Assembly: GCF_003018115.1 (NCBI RefSeq)
Contig: NZ_CP027457.1
Direction: 5' to 3' (one strand)
Origin: Escherichia coli
GTDB lineage: Bacteria; Pseudomonadota; Gammaproteobacteria; Enterobacterales; Enterobacteriaceae
DNA: 64,000 nucleotides
Shown here: positions 13,523 to 23,217 of the stretch, in pieces
Position numbering within the stretch: the stretch's first letter is position 1
Layout of the letters: every line of letters begins with the position of its first letter
Notes under the pieces: model-generated
Seen by the model: the letters and a program-made list of their open reading frames with translations, nothing else
What the model was told of the DNA's origin: nothing
Databases searched by the model: none
Position numbers and translations under genes: made by a program

Positions 13523-16082
13523 TCTTGTTATTGACCTGAGTCTGGATGCGGTCCGTTTCGATGAGCAGATGACCCGCGTAAGGCGTCATTTTTCAGGACT
13601 GGAGACTGACGCCAGAAAAACCGCCAGTGCTGTTGAGCAGGGGCTGAGCCGTCAGGCGCTGGCTGCACAAAAAGCCGGGATGTCCGTCGGGCAGTATAAA
13701 GCGGCCATGCGAACCCTGCCTGCACAGTTTACGGATATCGCCACGCAGCTTGCCGGTGGTCAGAATCCCTGGCTGATCCTGCTGCAACAGGGCGGTCAGG
13801 TGAAGGACTCCTTCGGCGGGATGATCCCCATGTTCAGGGGGCTCGCCGGTGCGATCACCCTGCCGATGGTCGGGGTCACCTCGCTGGCGGTGGCGACAGG
13901 TGCGCTGGTGTACGCCTGGTACCAGGGAGATTCCACGCTTTCAGCGTTTAATAAAACCCTGGTTCTTTCCGGTAATCAGTCCGGACTGACTGCCGATCGT
14001 ATGCTGACTCTCTCAAGAGCCGGGCAGGCAGCAGGGCTGACGTTTAACCAGGCGAGAGAGTCACTGGCAGCCCTGGTGAATGCCGGTGTGCGTGGTGGTG
14101 AACAGTTTGATGCCATCAACCAGAGTGTCGCGCGTTTTGCGTCTGCATCCGGTGTGGAGGTGGATAAAGTCGCTGAAGCCTTCGGGAAGCTGACCACTGA
14201 CCCGACGTCGGGACTGATGGCGATGGCGCGCCAGTTCCGTAACGTGACGGCAGAGCAGATTGCGTATGTTGCACAGCTGCAGCGTTCCGGAGACGAGGCC
14301 GGGGCATTGCAGGCGGCGAACGATATCGCCACGAAAGGCTTTGATGAGCAGACCCGTCGCCTGAAAGAAAACATGGGAACACTGGAGACCTGGGCGGATA
14401 AAACAGGGAAGGCATTCAAATCGATGTGGGATGCCATTCTGGATATCGGTCGTCCTGAATCCTCAGCGGATATGCTCGCCAGTGCGCAGAAGGCATTTGA
14501 TGAGGCGGATAAAAAATGGCAGTGGTACCAGAGCCGGAGCCAGCGCCGGGGAAAGACCTCCTCTTTTCGTGCGAACCTTCAGGGGGCATGGGATGACCGG
14601 GAAAATGCCCGTCTGGGTCTGGCAGCGGCCACGCTGCAGTCGGATATGGAAAAAGCCGGTGAACTGGCGGCAAGGGACCGGGCTGAGCGTGAGGCGTCAC
14701 AGCTGAAGTATACCGGAGAGGCGCAGAAGGCGTATGAGCGCCTGCAGACGCCGCTGGATAAATATACCGCCCGTCAGAAAGAGCTGAATAAGGCCCTGAA
14801 AGACGGAAAAATCCTGCAGGCGGATTACAACACGCTGATGGCGTCGGCGAAAAAGGATTATGAATCAACGCAGAAAAAACCGAAGTCGTCAGGTGTCAGA
14901 GTGTCAGCCGGGGAGCGTCAGGAAGACCGGGCGCATGCAGCCCTGCTGGCGCTTGAAACTGAGCTCCGGACGCTGGAGAAGCACAGCGGTGCGAATGAGA
15001 AAATCAGCCAGCAGCGCCGTGATTTATGGAAGGCGGAAAGTCAGTATGCGGTCCTGAAAGAGGCCGCCACGAAACGACAGTTATCCGGGCAGGAAAAATC
15101 CCTGCTGGCCCATGAGAAAGAGACGCTGGAGTACAAACGCCAGCTGGCTGAGCTGGGCGACAAGGTTGAATACCAGAAACGGCTGAATGAGCTGGCACAG
15201 CAGGCGGTGCGGTTTGAAGAGCAGCAGAGCGCGAAGCAGGCCGCCATCAGCGCAAAAGCCCGTGGTCTCACTGACCGTCAGGCGCAGCGGGAGTCTGAAG
15301 AGCAGCGTCTTCGTGACGTGTATGGCGATAATCCGCAGGCGCTGGCCCGGGTCACCGGGGCACTGAAACAGACATGGGCGGATGAAGACATGCTGCGCGG
15401 TGACTGGCTGGCCGGTCTGAAGTCCGGCTGGGGGGAGTGGACGGAAAGTGCGACGGACAGTTTTTCGCAGGTTAAAAGTGCTGCCACGCAGACCTTTGAC
15501 GGTATTGCACAGAATATGACGGCGATGCTGACCGGTGCAGAGGCAGACTGGCGGGGATTCACCCGTTCGGTGCTGTCCATGATGACAGAAATCCTGCTTA
15601 AACAGGCCATGGTGGGCATTGTCGGGCGTATCGGCAGCGCCATTGGTGGTGCTTTCGGTGGTGGGGCGTCTGCCTCCACGGGGACGGCCATTGAGGCTGC
15701 GGCGGCGAACTTCCATTTTGCGACCGGCGGATTTACGGGCACGGGCGGCAAATATGAGCCTGCGGGGATAGTTCACCGCGGGGAGTTTGTTTTCACGAAG
15801 GAGGCAACCAGCCGGATAGGCGTGGGGAATCTTTACCGTCTGATGCGCGGCTATGCGGAAGGGGGGTATGTGGGTGGTGCCGGAAGTCCGGCGCAGATGC
15901 GGCGGGCGGAAGGTATTAATTTTAATCAGAACAATCACGTGGTGATTCAGAACGACGGTATCAACGGACAGGCGGGGCCGCAGCTGATGAAGGCGGTGTA
16001 TGACATGGCCCGCAAGGGGGCGCAGGATGAGCTCCGGCTGCAGTTGCGTGATGGCGGTATGTTATCAGGGAGCGGGCGATGA
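13503..16082 (+). CDS. H: Tail tape measure protein H
   Basis: 859-aa product matches lambda gpH. Confidence 0.95.
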   Translation: MSQPVGDLVIDLSLDAVRFDEQMTRVRRHFSGLETDARKTASAVEQGLSRQALAAQKAGMSVGQYKAAMRTLPAQFTDIATQLAGGQNPWLILLQQGGQVKDSFGGMIPMFRGLAGAITLPMVGVTSLAVATGALVYAWYQGDSTLSAFNKTLVLSGNQSGLTADRMLTLSRAGQAAGLTFNQARESLAALVNAGVRGGEQFDAINQSVARFASASGVEVDKVAEAFGKLTTDPTSGLMAMARQFRNVTAEQIAYVAQLQRSGDEAGALQAANDIATKGFDEQTRRLKENMGTLETWADKTGKAFKSMWDAILDIGRPESSADMLASAQKAFDEADKKWQWYQSRSQRRGKTSSFRANLQGAWDDRENARLGLAAATLQSDMEKAGELAARDRAEREASQLKYTGEAQKAYERLQTPLDKYTARQKELNKALKDGKILQADYNTLMASAKKDYESTQKKPKSSGVRVSAGERQEDRAHAALLALETELRTLEKHSGANEKISQQRRDLWKAESQYAVLKEAATKRQLSGQEKSLLAHEKETLEYKRQLAELGDKVEYQKRLNELAQQAVRFEEQQSAKQAAISAKARGLTDRQAQRESEEQRLRDVYGDNPQALARVTGALKQTWADEDMLRGDWLAGLKSGWGEWTESATDSFSQVKSAATQTFDGIAQNMTAMLTGAEADWRGFTRSVLSMMTEILLKQAMVGIVGRIGSAIGGAFGGGASASTGTAIEAAAANFHFATGGFTGTGGKYEPAGIVHRGEFVFTKEATSRIGVGNLYRLMRGYAEGGYVGGAGSPAQMRRAEGINFNQNNHVVIQNDGINGQAGPQLMKAVYDMARKGAQDELRLQLRDGGMLSGSGR

Positions 16083-16408
16083 AAACCTTTCGCTGGAAAG
16101 TGAAGCCGGATATGGAGGTGAACTCGCAGCCATCGGTGCGTGAAGTGCGTTTTGGTGACGGGTACTCACAGCGTATGGCGGCAGGGCTGAATGCTGACCT
16201 GAAAACATACCGGGTGATGCTTTCCGTGACCCGGGAGGAGGCCCGGCATCTGGAAGCGTTCCTGGCAGAGCACGGGGGCTGGAAGGCATTTTTGTGGAAG
16301 CCACCCTATGCATACCGGCAGATAAAGGTGACCTGTGCCGGGTGGTCTGCGCGGGTCGGGATGTTGCGCGTTGAGTTCAGCGCGGAGTTTAAGCAGGTGG
16401 TGAACTGA
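16079..16408 (+). CDS. M: Tail tip protein M
   Basis: Product matches lambda gpM. Confidence 0.9.
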   Translation: MKTFRWKVKPDMEVNSQPSVREVRFGDGYSQRMAAGLNADLKTYRVMLSVTREEARHLEAFLAEHGGWKAFLWKPPYAYRQIKVTCAGWSARVGMLRVEFSAEFKQVVN

Positions 16409-17106
16409 TGCAGGATATTCACGAAGAAAGCCTGAACGAGTCGGTTAAGTCAGAGCAGTCACCGCGGGTGGTGCTCTGGGAAATCGACCTGACGGTGCAG
16501 GGCGGTGAGCGGTATTTTTTCTGCAATGAGCTGAATGAAAAAGGGGAGCCGGTGACCTGGCAGGGGCGTGAATATCAGGCGTACCCGATTGAGGGCAGCG
16601 GCTTTGAGATGAACGGAAAGGGCAGCAGTGCCCGCCCGTCGCTGACAGTGTCCAATCTTTTCGGCCTTGTCACCGGGATGGCGGAGGATTTGCAGAGCCT
16701 GGTGGGGGCCACGGTGGTCCGCCGCCGGGTGTATGCGCGTTTTCTGGATGCGGTGAATTTTGTGGCGGGGAATCCGGAGGCCGACCCGGAGCAGGAGCTG
16801 ACGGACCGGTGGGTGGTGGAGCAGATGTCAGCGCTGACGGCCATGACGGCCTCGTTTGTGCTGGCGACACCGACGGAGACGGACGGTGCGCTGTTTCCCG
16901 GTCGCATCATGCTGGCGAACACCTGTATGTGGGATTACCGGGGCGATGAATGCGGGTATAACGGTCCGGCAGTGGCGGATGAGTTCGACAACCCCACCAC
17001 GGATATCCGGAAGGACAGATGCAGTAAATGCATGCGCGGGTGTGAGATGCGCGGCATGGTGGCTAATTTCGGCGGTTTCCTTTCCATTAATAAACTTTCG
17101 CAGTAA
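16408..17106 (+). CDS. L: Tail tip protein L
   Basis: Product matches lambda gpL. Confidence 0.9.
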   Translation: MQDIHEESLNESVKSEQSPRVVLWEIDLTVQGGERYFFCNELNEKGEPVTWQGREYQAYPIEGSGFEMNGKGSSARPSLTVSNLFGLVTGMAEDLQSLVGATVVRRRVYARFLDAVNFVAGNPEADPEQELTDRWVVEQMSALTAMTASFVLATPTETDGALFPGRIMLANTCMWDYRGDECGYNGPAVADEFDNPTTDIRKDRCSKCMRGCEMRGMVANFGGFLSINKLSQ

Positions 17107-17116
17107 ATCCCGTTTT

Positions 17117-17860
17117 ATGACACAGACTGAATCAGCGATTCTGGCGCATGCCCGGCGGTGTGTGCCAGCGGAGTCGTGCGGCTTCGTGATAAGCACCCCG
17201 GAGGGCGAACGGTACCAGCCCTGCGTGAATATCTCCGCAGAGCCGGAGGCGTATTTTCGTATTGCGCCGGAAGACTGGCTGCAGGCACAGATGCAGGGGG
17301 AGATTGTGGCGCTGGTCCACAGTCATCCCGGTGGTCTGCCCTGGCTGAGCGAGGCGGACCGGCGGCTGCAGATAAAGAGTGCCCTGCCCTGGTGGCTGGT
17401 CTGCCGGGGTGAAATTCACCGGTTCCGCTGTGTGCCGCACCTGACCGGACGGCGCTTTGAACACGGTGTGACGGACTGTTACACCCTGTTCCGGGATGCA
17501 TACCATCTGGCGGGGATTGAGATGCCGGATTTTCATCGCGAGGATGACTGGTGGCGCAACGGTCAGAACCTGTACCTGGACAACCTGGCGGAAAACGGCT
17601 TTTGCCGGGTGTCTCCGTCCTGTGCACAGGCAGGCGATATTCTGCTGTGCTGCTTTGGTTCATCGGTGCCGAATCATGCCGCCATTTACTGTGGCAACGG
17701 TGAACTGCTTCACCATATACCTGAACAACTGAGTAAACGGGAGAGGTATTCTGAAAAATGGCAACGACGAACGCATTCTGTCTGGCGTCACCGCCACTGG
17801 TCCGCATCTGCCTTCACGGGGATTTACAACGATTTGGTCGCCGCATCAGTCTGTATGTGA
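17117..17860 (+). CDS. K: Tail tip assembly protein K (JAMM/MPN-like HSHPGG motif; NlpC/P60-like C-terminal region)
   Basis: Internal ATG of track ORF 16856..17860; product matches lambda gpK; true start uncertain (reference lambda annotation uses a shorter form). Confidence 0.75.
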   Translation: MTQTESAILAHARRCVPAESCGFVISTPEGERYQPCVNISAEPEAYFRIAPEDWLQAQMQGEIVALVHSHPGGLPWLSEADRRLQIKSALPWWLVCRGEIHRFRCVPHLTGRRFEHGVTDCYTLFRDAYHLAGIEMPDFHREDDWWRNGQNLYLDNLAENGFCRVSPSCAQAGDILLCCFGSSVPNHAAIYCGNGELLHHIPEQLSKRERYSEKWQRRTHSVWRHRHWSASAFTGIYNDLVAASVCM

Positions 17861-18438
17861 ACACGGCAGCGGAGGCCATCCGTGCCCTGTCGCTGCAGGT
17901 GCCGGGATTCCGCTGTCAGATGAACGAAGGCTGGTACCAGATACGTATTGCCGGTGAGGATACCGCGCCGGAGGTGGTGTATGCCCGTCTTCATGAACCG
18001 CTGAGCGGGAGGGCCGTGATTCATATTGTACCGAGGCTGGCAGGGGCCGGGGGAAATGGTGTTTTTCAGGTGGTGCTGGGGGCTGCAGCCATCGTGGGCT
18101 CTTTCTTCACCGCCGGTGCAACGATGGCGTTGTGGGGCGCAGCCCTGAGTGCCGGAGGGCTGACTGCCACCACGATGCTGTTCTCACTGGGTGCCAGCAT
18201 GATACTGGGTGGTGTGGCCCAGATGCTGGCCCCGAAGGCAAAGACGCCGGAATACAAAAGTACGGATAACGGTAAACAGAACACGTATTTTTCGTCACTG
18301 GACAACATGATTGCTCAGGGTAACCCGATGCCGGTGCCTTACGGTGAAATGCTGGTTGGTTCACGACGGATATCCCAGGACATCAGCACCCGTGATGAGG
18401 GCGGAGACGGGAAAGTGGTGGTTATCGGGCGGGGATAA
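17758..18438 (+). CDS. I: Tail tip assembly protein I
   Basis: Product matches lambda gpI; overlaps K 3' end as in lambda. Confidence 0.9.
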   Translation: MATTNAFCLASPPLVRICLHGDLQRFGRRISLYVNTAAEAIRALSLQVPGFRCQMNEGWYQIRIAGEDTAPEVVYARLHEPLSGRAVIHIVPRLAGAGGNGVFQVVLGAAAIVGSFFTAGATMALWGAALSAGGLTATTMLFSLGASMILGGVAQMLAPKAKTPEYKSTDNGKQNTYFSSLDNMIAQGNPMPVPYGEMLVGSRRISQDISTRDEGGDGKVVVIGRG

Positions 18439-18678
18439 AAATAAAAAAATCCCGCAGAGTTAGCGGAGCTGCGGGAGAGAACGATGAAGATTAACGTTAT
18501 GGAGTTATTTTTCAGGCATCAAAAATGTAACGCAGCGTCATTATTGCGGCTACAGGCAATTGCCGGAAATGTGAAGAGTTTCAGAAATTTTATTCCGTCA
18601 TGACACAGGCACCCTCCGGGGTGCCTGTTGTTTTCTGGCATAAACAGATTCAGACATCAGACAGGAGAGGGGGACAGA

Positions 18679-21600
18679 GTGGGTAAAGGGGGCGGCAAGG
18701 GGCACACACCGCGTGAGGCGAAGGACAATCTCAAATCCACGCAGATGATGAGCGTGATTGATGCCATTGGTGAGGGACCGGTGGAAGGTCCGGTGAAGGG
18801 ACTGCAGAGTATTCTGGTGAACAAAACCCCGCTGACGGACACGGACGGTAATCCCGTGATACACGGTGTGACCGCCGTCTGGCGTGCCGGGGAGCAGGAG
18901 CAGACACCACCTGAAGGCTTTGAGTCCTCCGGGGCGGAAACCGCACTGGGCGTGGAGGTGTCGAAGGCAAAGCCGGTGACGCGCACCATCACGTCAGCGA
19001 ACATTGACCGTCTGCGGGTCACCTTCGGGGTGCAGTCACTGGTGGAGACCACCTCAAAGGGTGACCGTAATCCCTCTTCTGTCCGGCTGCTGATTCAGCT
19101 TGAGCGTAATGGTAACTGGGTGACGGAGAAGGATGTCACCATTAACGGCAAGACCACCTCGCAGTACCTGACGTCGGTGATTCTGAATAATCTCCCTGAG
19201 CGCCCCTTTAACATCCGGGTGGTCAGGGTGACGGCGGACAGTACCACGGACCAGCTGCAGAACAGAACGCTGTGGTCGTCATACACCGAAATCATCGATG
19301 TGAAACAGTGCTACCCGAACACGGCCATTGTGGGGCTGCAGGTGGATGCGGAGCAGTTCGGTGGCCAGCAGATGGTGGTGAACTACCATATCCGCGGCCG
19401 CATCATTCAGGTGCCGTCAAACTATGACCCGGAAAAACGCACCTACAGCGGTATCTGGGACGGGAGTCTGAAACCGGCATACAGCAATAACCCGGCCTGG
19501 TGCCTGTGGGACATGCTGACTCACCCGCGCTACGGGATGGGAAAACGCCTGGGGGCCGCGGATGTGGACAAGTGGGCGCTGTATGCCATCGGGCAGTACT
19601 GCGACCAGACGGTCCCGGATGGTTTCGGGGGCACAGAGCCGCGGATGACCTTTAATGCGTACCTGTCACAGCAGCGTAAGGTGTGGGATGTCCTGGGGGA
19701 TTTCTGCTCGGCGATGCGCTGTATGCCGGTATGGAACGGTCAGACGCTGACGTTCGTTCAGGACCGTCCGTCGGATGTGGTGTGGCCGTACACGAACAGC
19801 GATGTGGTGGTGGATGATAACGGCGTGGGGTTCCGCTACAGCTTCAGTGCCCTGAAGGACCGGCACACGGCGGTGGAGGTGAATTACACCGACCCGCAGA
19901 ACGGCTGGCAGACTTCCACGGAACTGGTGGAAGACCCGGATGCCATCCTGCGCTACGGGCGCAACCTGCTGAAGATGGATGCGTTCGGCTGTACCAGCCG
20001 CGGTCAGGCCCACCGTGCCGGACTGTGGGTGATAAAGACAGAACTGCTGGAAACGCAGACGGTGGATTTCACGCTCGGGTCTCAGGGGCTGCGGCACACA
20101 CCCGGTGACATCATTGAAATCTGTGATAACGACTATGCCGGGACCCTGACCGGCGGACGCATCCTGTCCATCGATGCCGCCAGCCGCACACTGACGCTGG
20201 ACCGTGAGGTGACACTGCCGGAAGCAGGTACATCGACGGTGAACCTGATTAACGGCCGTGGTAAGCCGGTGCGCGTGGACATCACTGCACACCCCGCCCC
20301 TGACCGGATACAGGTCAGCGTCCTGCCTGATGGCGTGGCGACATACGGTGTGTGGGGACTCTCCCTGTCGTCACTGCGTCGTCGCCTGTTCCGCTGTGTT
20401 TCCATCCGGGAAAACACGGACGGCACCTTTGCCATCACGGCGGTGCAGCACGTACCGGAAAAAGAAGCCATTGTGGATAACGGGGCCCGCTTTGAGCCGA
20501 TGTCCGGCTCACTGAACAGCGTCATCCCGCCGGCAGTGCAGCACCTCACGGTGGAGGTGAGTGCCTCAGACGGCCAGTATCTGGCGCTGGCGAAATGGGA
20601 CACGCCGCGGGTGGTGAAGGGCGTGCGTTTCAGTCTGCGCCTGACCAGCGGAAACGGTGAAAACAGCCGCCTGGTGACCAGCGCCATCACGGCGGACACG
20701 GAGCACCGTTTCAGTGGCCTGCCTCTGGGGGAATACACCCTGACGGTCAGGGCGATAAACAGCTATGGCCAGCAGGGCGAACCTGCCACCACCACATTCC
20801 GGATTAATGCACCGGCGGCACCGGCCAGCATTGAACTGACGCCGGGCTATTTTCAGATAACGGTGGTCCCGCATCCTGCGGTGTATGACCCGACGGTACA
20901 GTATGAATTCTGGTTCTCAGAAAAACGCATCACGGACACGGCACAGGTGGAAACCTCAGCCCGTTATCTGGGTACCGACAGCCAGTGGAGCGTCTCCGGC
21001 CCGCACATTAAGCCGGGGAAGGATTTCTGGTTTTATGTGCGCAGCGTCAACCTGGTGGGGAAATCTGCGTTTGTGGAGGCCAGCGGGCAGGCCAGCAATG
21101 ATGGTGAAGGGTATCTGGAAATTTTCCGTGGGCTGATAGATGAGGCGCTGCTGGGGAAGGCACTGAAAGAGCGTATTGATGCGTCAGCCCTGCGTACTGA
21201 GGTCACGCAACTGGAAGAAGACATCCGCCAGCGGCTGGAGACGGATGTTGCGGAAGTGACCCGAAAAATAGGGGAGGCGGAAAACAGCCTCACGCAGCTG
21301 GTTGCGAAAAAGAATGAGGACCAGACGCTGGCCATCGCGCAGGTGAGTCAGCAGGTGGACCGGGTGAGCAGTGAAATCACACAGACAGTCAGCCAGAGCA
21401 CGGAGGAAAACGCCAGGCAGATAGCGCAGGTCCGCCAGTACGTGGATGACAAAGGGAGTGAAATCACCTCGACCACGGATAAAAAGCTGGAAGACCAGAG
21501 CGCGACCATACAGCAGATACAGCAGGTCCAGTCAGACACGAATGATGAGCTGGCAGCGCTGTACATGCTGAAGGTGCAGAAAACGAAAAACGGCATTCCG

Positions 21601-22374
21601 TATGTTGCCGGTATTGGTGCGGGGATTGAGGATGCTGATGGCCGGACGCTGAGCAATATTCTGCTGCAGGCGGACCGTATCGCGATGATTACCCCGGAGA
21701 ACGGCAACACCACGCCGCTGTTTGTGGCGCAGGGGAACCAGCTGTTCATGAACGACGTGTTCCTGAAGCGACTGTTTGCGGTGAGTATCACGTCATCCGG
21801 CAATCCCCCGACGTTCTCCCTGACGCCGGAGGGCAGGCTGACAGCCCGCAATGCGGATATCAGCGGAGCTGTTACAGCGAATTCTGGCACGCTCAATAAT
21901 GTCACCATTAACGAGAACTGTGTCATCAGAGGGAAACTGTCTGCGAACCAGATTGAAGGCGATCTGGTGAAGACGGTGGGGAAAGCCTTTCCCCGGAATA
22001 ACAGTTATGCCCGTGGCACGATAACCGTCACGGTTTACGATGACCAGGGCTTCGACCGGCAGATTATCATTCCACCGGTGCTGTTTCGTGGGACGAAACA
22101 CCAGAACGTCAACAGCCCGAATCAGCAGTCGTACTGGTATTCAACCTGTAAGCTGCAGGTGCTGAAAAACGGGGCAGAGATTTTTCATGAACCGGCAACG
22201 GATGTCAGCCGGGTGTTCTCATCGGTGATTGACATGCCAGCAGGACGGGGTCATGTCACCCTGACGTTTAATGTGTCGTCTACCGGCGCGAACAACTGGA
22301 CACCGACGACGTACATCAGTGATTTACTGGTTGTGGTGATGAAAAAATCCACGGCGGGAATCAGTATCAGCTGA
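18679..22374 (+). CDS. J: Central tail fibre / host specificity protein J (GTG start), about 1231 aa
   Basis: In-frame GTG with GGAGAGG motif upstream inside track ORF 18628..22374; N-terminal three-quarters match lambda gpJ; distal region diverges. Confidence 0.9.
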   Translation: MGKGGGKGHTPREAKDNLKSTQMMSVIDAIGEGPVEGPVKGLQSILVNKTPLTDTDGNPVIHGVTAVWRAGEQEQTPPEGFESSGAETALGVEVSKAKPVTRTITSANIDRLRVTFGVQSLVETTSKGDRNPSSVRLLIQLERNGNWVTEKDVTINGKTTSQYLTSVILNNLPERPFNIRVVRVTADSTTDQLQNRTLWSSYTEIIDVKQCYPNTAIVGLQVDAEQFGGQQMVVNYHIRGRIIQVPSNYDPEKRTYSGIWDGSLKPAYSNNPAWCLWDMLTHPRYGMGKRLGAADVDKWALYAIGQYCDQTVPDGFGGTEPRMTFNAYLSQQRKVWDVLGDFCSAMRCMPVWNGQTLTFVQDRPSDVVWPYTNSDVVVDDNGVGFRYSFSALKDRHTAVEVNYTDPQNGWQTSTELVEDPDAILRYGRNLLKMDAFGCTSRGQAHRAGLWVIKTELLETQTVDFTLGSQGLRHTPGDIIEICDNDYAGTLTGGRILSIDAASRTLTLDREVTLPEAGTSTVNLINGRGKPVRVDITAHPAPDRIQVSVLPDGVATYGVWGLSLSSLRRRLFRCVSIRENTDGTFAITAVQHVPEKEAIVDNGARFEPMSGSLNSVIPPAVQHLTVEVSASDGQYLALAKWDTPRVVKGVRFSLRLTSGNGENSRLVTSAITADTEHRFSGLPLGEYTLTVRAINSYGQQGEPATTTFRINAPAAPASIELTPGYFQITVVPHPAVYDPTVQYEFWFSEKRITDTAQVETSARYLGTDSQWSVSGPHIKPGKDFWFYVRSVNLVGKSAFVEASGQASNDGEGYLEIFRGLIDEALLGKALKERIDASALRTEVTQLEEDIRQRLETDVAEVTRKIGEAENSLTQLVAKKNEDQTLAIAQVSQQVDRVSSEITQTVSQSTEENARQIAQVRQYVDDKGSEITSTTDKKLEDQSATIQQIQQVQSDTNDELAALYMLKVQKTKNGIPYVAGIGAGIEDADGRTLSNILLQADRIAMITPENGNTTPLFVAQGNQLFMNDVFLKRLFAVSITSSGNPPTFSLTPEGRLTARNADISGAVTANSGTLNNVTINENCVIRGKLSANQIEGDLVKTVGKAFPRNNSYARGTITVTVYDDQGFDRQIIIPPVLFRGTKHQNVNSPNQQSYWYSTCKLQVLKNGAEIFHEPATDVSRVFSSVIDMPAGRGHVTLTFNVSSTGANNWTPTTYISDLLVVVMKKSTAGISIS

Positions 22375-22391
22375 CGGTTTATTAACCCGGA

Positions 22392-22418
22392 CGGGCACCC
22401 GAAGTGGTGCCTTTTTTA
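22392..22418 (+). terminator. Rho-independent terminator after J
   Basis: gggcacc..ggtgcc hairpin followed by T run. Confidence 0.6.
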
Positions 22419-22442
22419 TTGACTGAAAACAAAGAGGTAATC

Positions 22443-23066
22443 ATGCGGTATTTATACGGAGCCATTTTATTTTTTACTACCCTGCCGGCAGTAATGACTT
22501 TTCCTGCACAGGCTGCAGGCGGACACGGTGCATTTTCCGTGGGATATGCTCAGGTTCACCCGGGCGGCGTGCCGGTATTGTCCGGTACCGGTGCCCGTAC
22601 AGGTGATTTAAAAGGGATCAACGTGAAATACCGTTATGAATTCACGGACCATCTGGGCGGCATAGCCTCGCTGAGTTACGCCTCTGCGAAAAAGAGCAGA
22701 ACCACGATGACCGGGGATAAGGCATTTCATTATGAAAGTCTGCGTGGCCGTTATGTGAGCCTGATGGCGGGGCCGGTCTGGCAGGTCAGTGAGCAGCTCA
22801 GCCTTTATGGCATGGCCGGGATGGCGCACACCCGCTGGTCTGACAGTGTTCAGGATTACCGGCGTGATGAAGTGACACCGGGGGATGTCAGGGTGACCAC
22901 CACTGCCAGTGATGGCCATTCTGCACGTCATCTGACGCTGGCATGGGGGGCAGGGCTTCAGTTTAATCCGGCGGATACGGTGGCGGTTGATCTTGCGTAC
23001 GAAGTGGCCGGTCATGGTGACTGGCGAACGGATGCGTTTATTGTTGGGATTGGATACCGTTTCTGA
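22443..23066 (+). CDS. lom: Outer membrane protein Lom (Ail/Lom family)
   Basis: Internal Met of track ORF 22404..23066; signal peptide; beta-barrel ending in F; matches lambda Lom. Confidence 0.85.
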   Translation: MRYLYGAILFFTTLPAVMTFPAQAAGGHGAFSVGYAQVHPGGVPVLSGTGARTGDLKGINVKYRYEFTDHLGGIASLSYASAKKSRTTMTGDKAFHYESLRGRYVSLMAGPVWQVSEQLSLYGMAGMAHTRWSDSVQDYRRDEVTPGDVRVTTTASDGHSARHLTLAWGAGLQFNPADTVAVDLAYEVAGHGDWRTDAFIVGIGYRF

Positions 23067-23170
23067 CGGCAGATACAGCTTTATCTTCTGTAAATATTGG
23101 TATAATGAGCATGTTCATCACACCTTATGGAGTGAACTGCGTCTGAGGAAACGTAAAGTTACACTGTCCT

Positions 23171-23200
23171 GAAGCCCGTGGCATTACTGCTGCGGGCTTT
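23171..23200 (+). terminator. Hairpin plus T run between lom and tail fibre gene
   Basis: gcccg..cgggc stem followed by T run; a TATAAT-like hexamer lies about 70 bp upstream. Confidence 0.4.
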
Positions 23201-23217
23201 TTTATTGGTGGAAAGGT

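Noticed and set aside
13976-15938. Minus-strand ORFs of 150 to 285 aa inside tape measure gene H
   Set aside because: Antisense to H with Ala/Pro/Arg-rich composition; no independent support.
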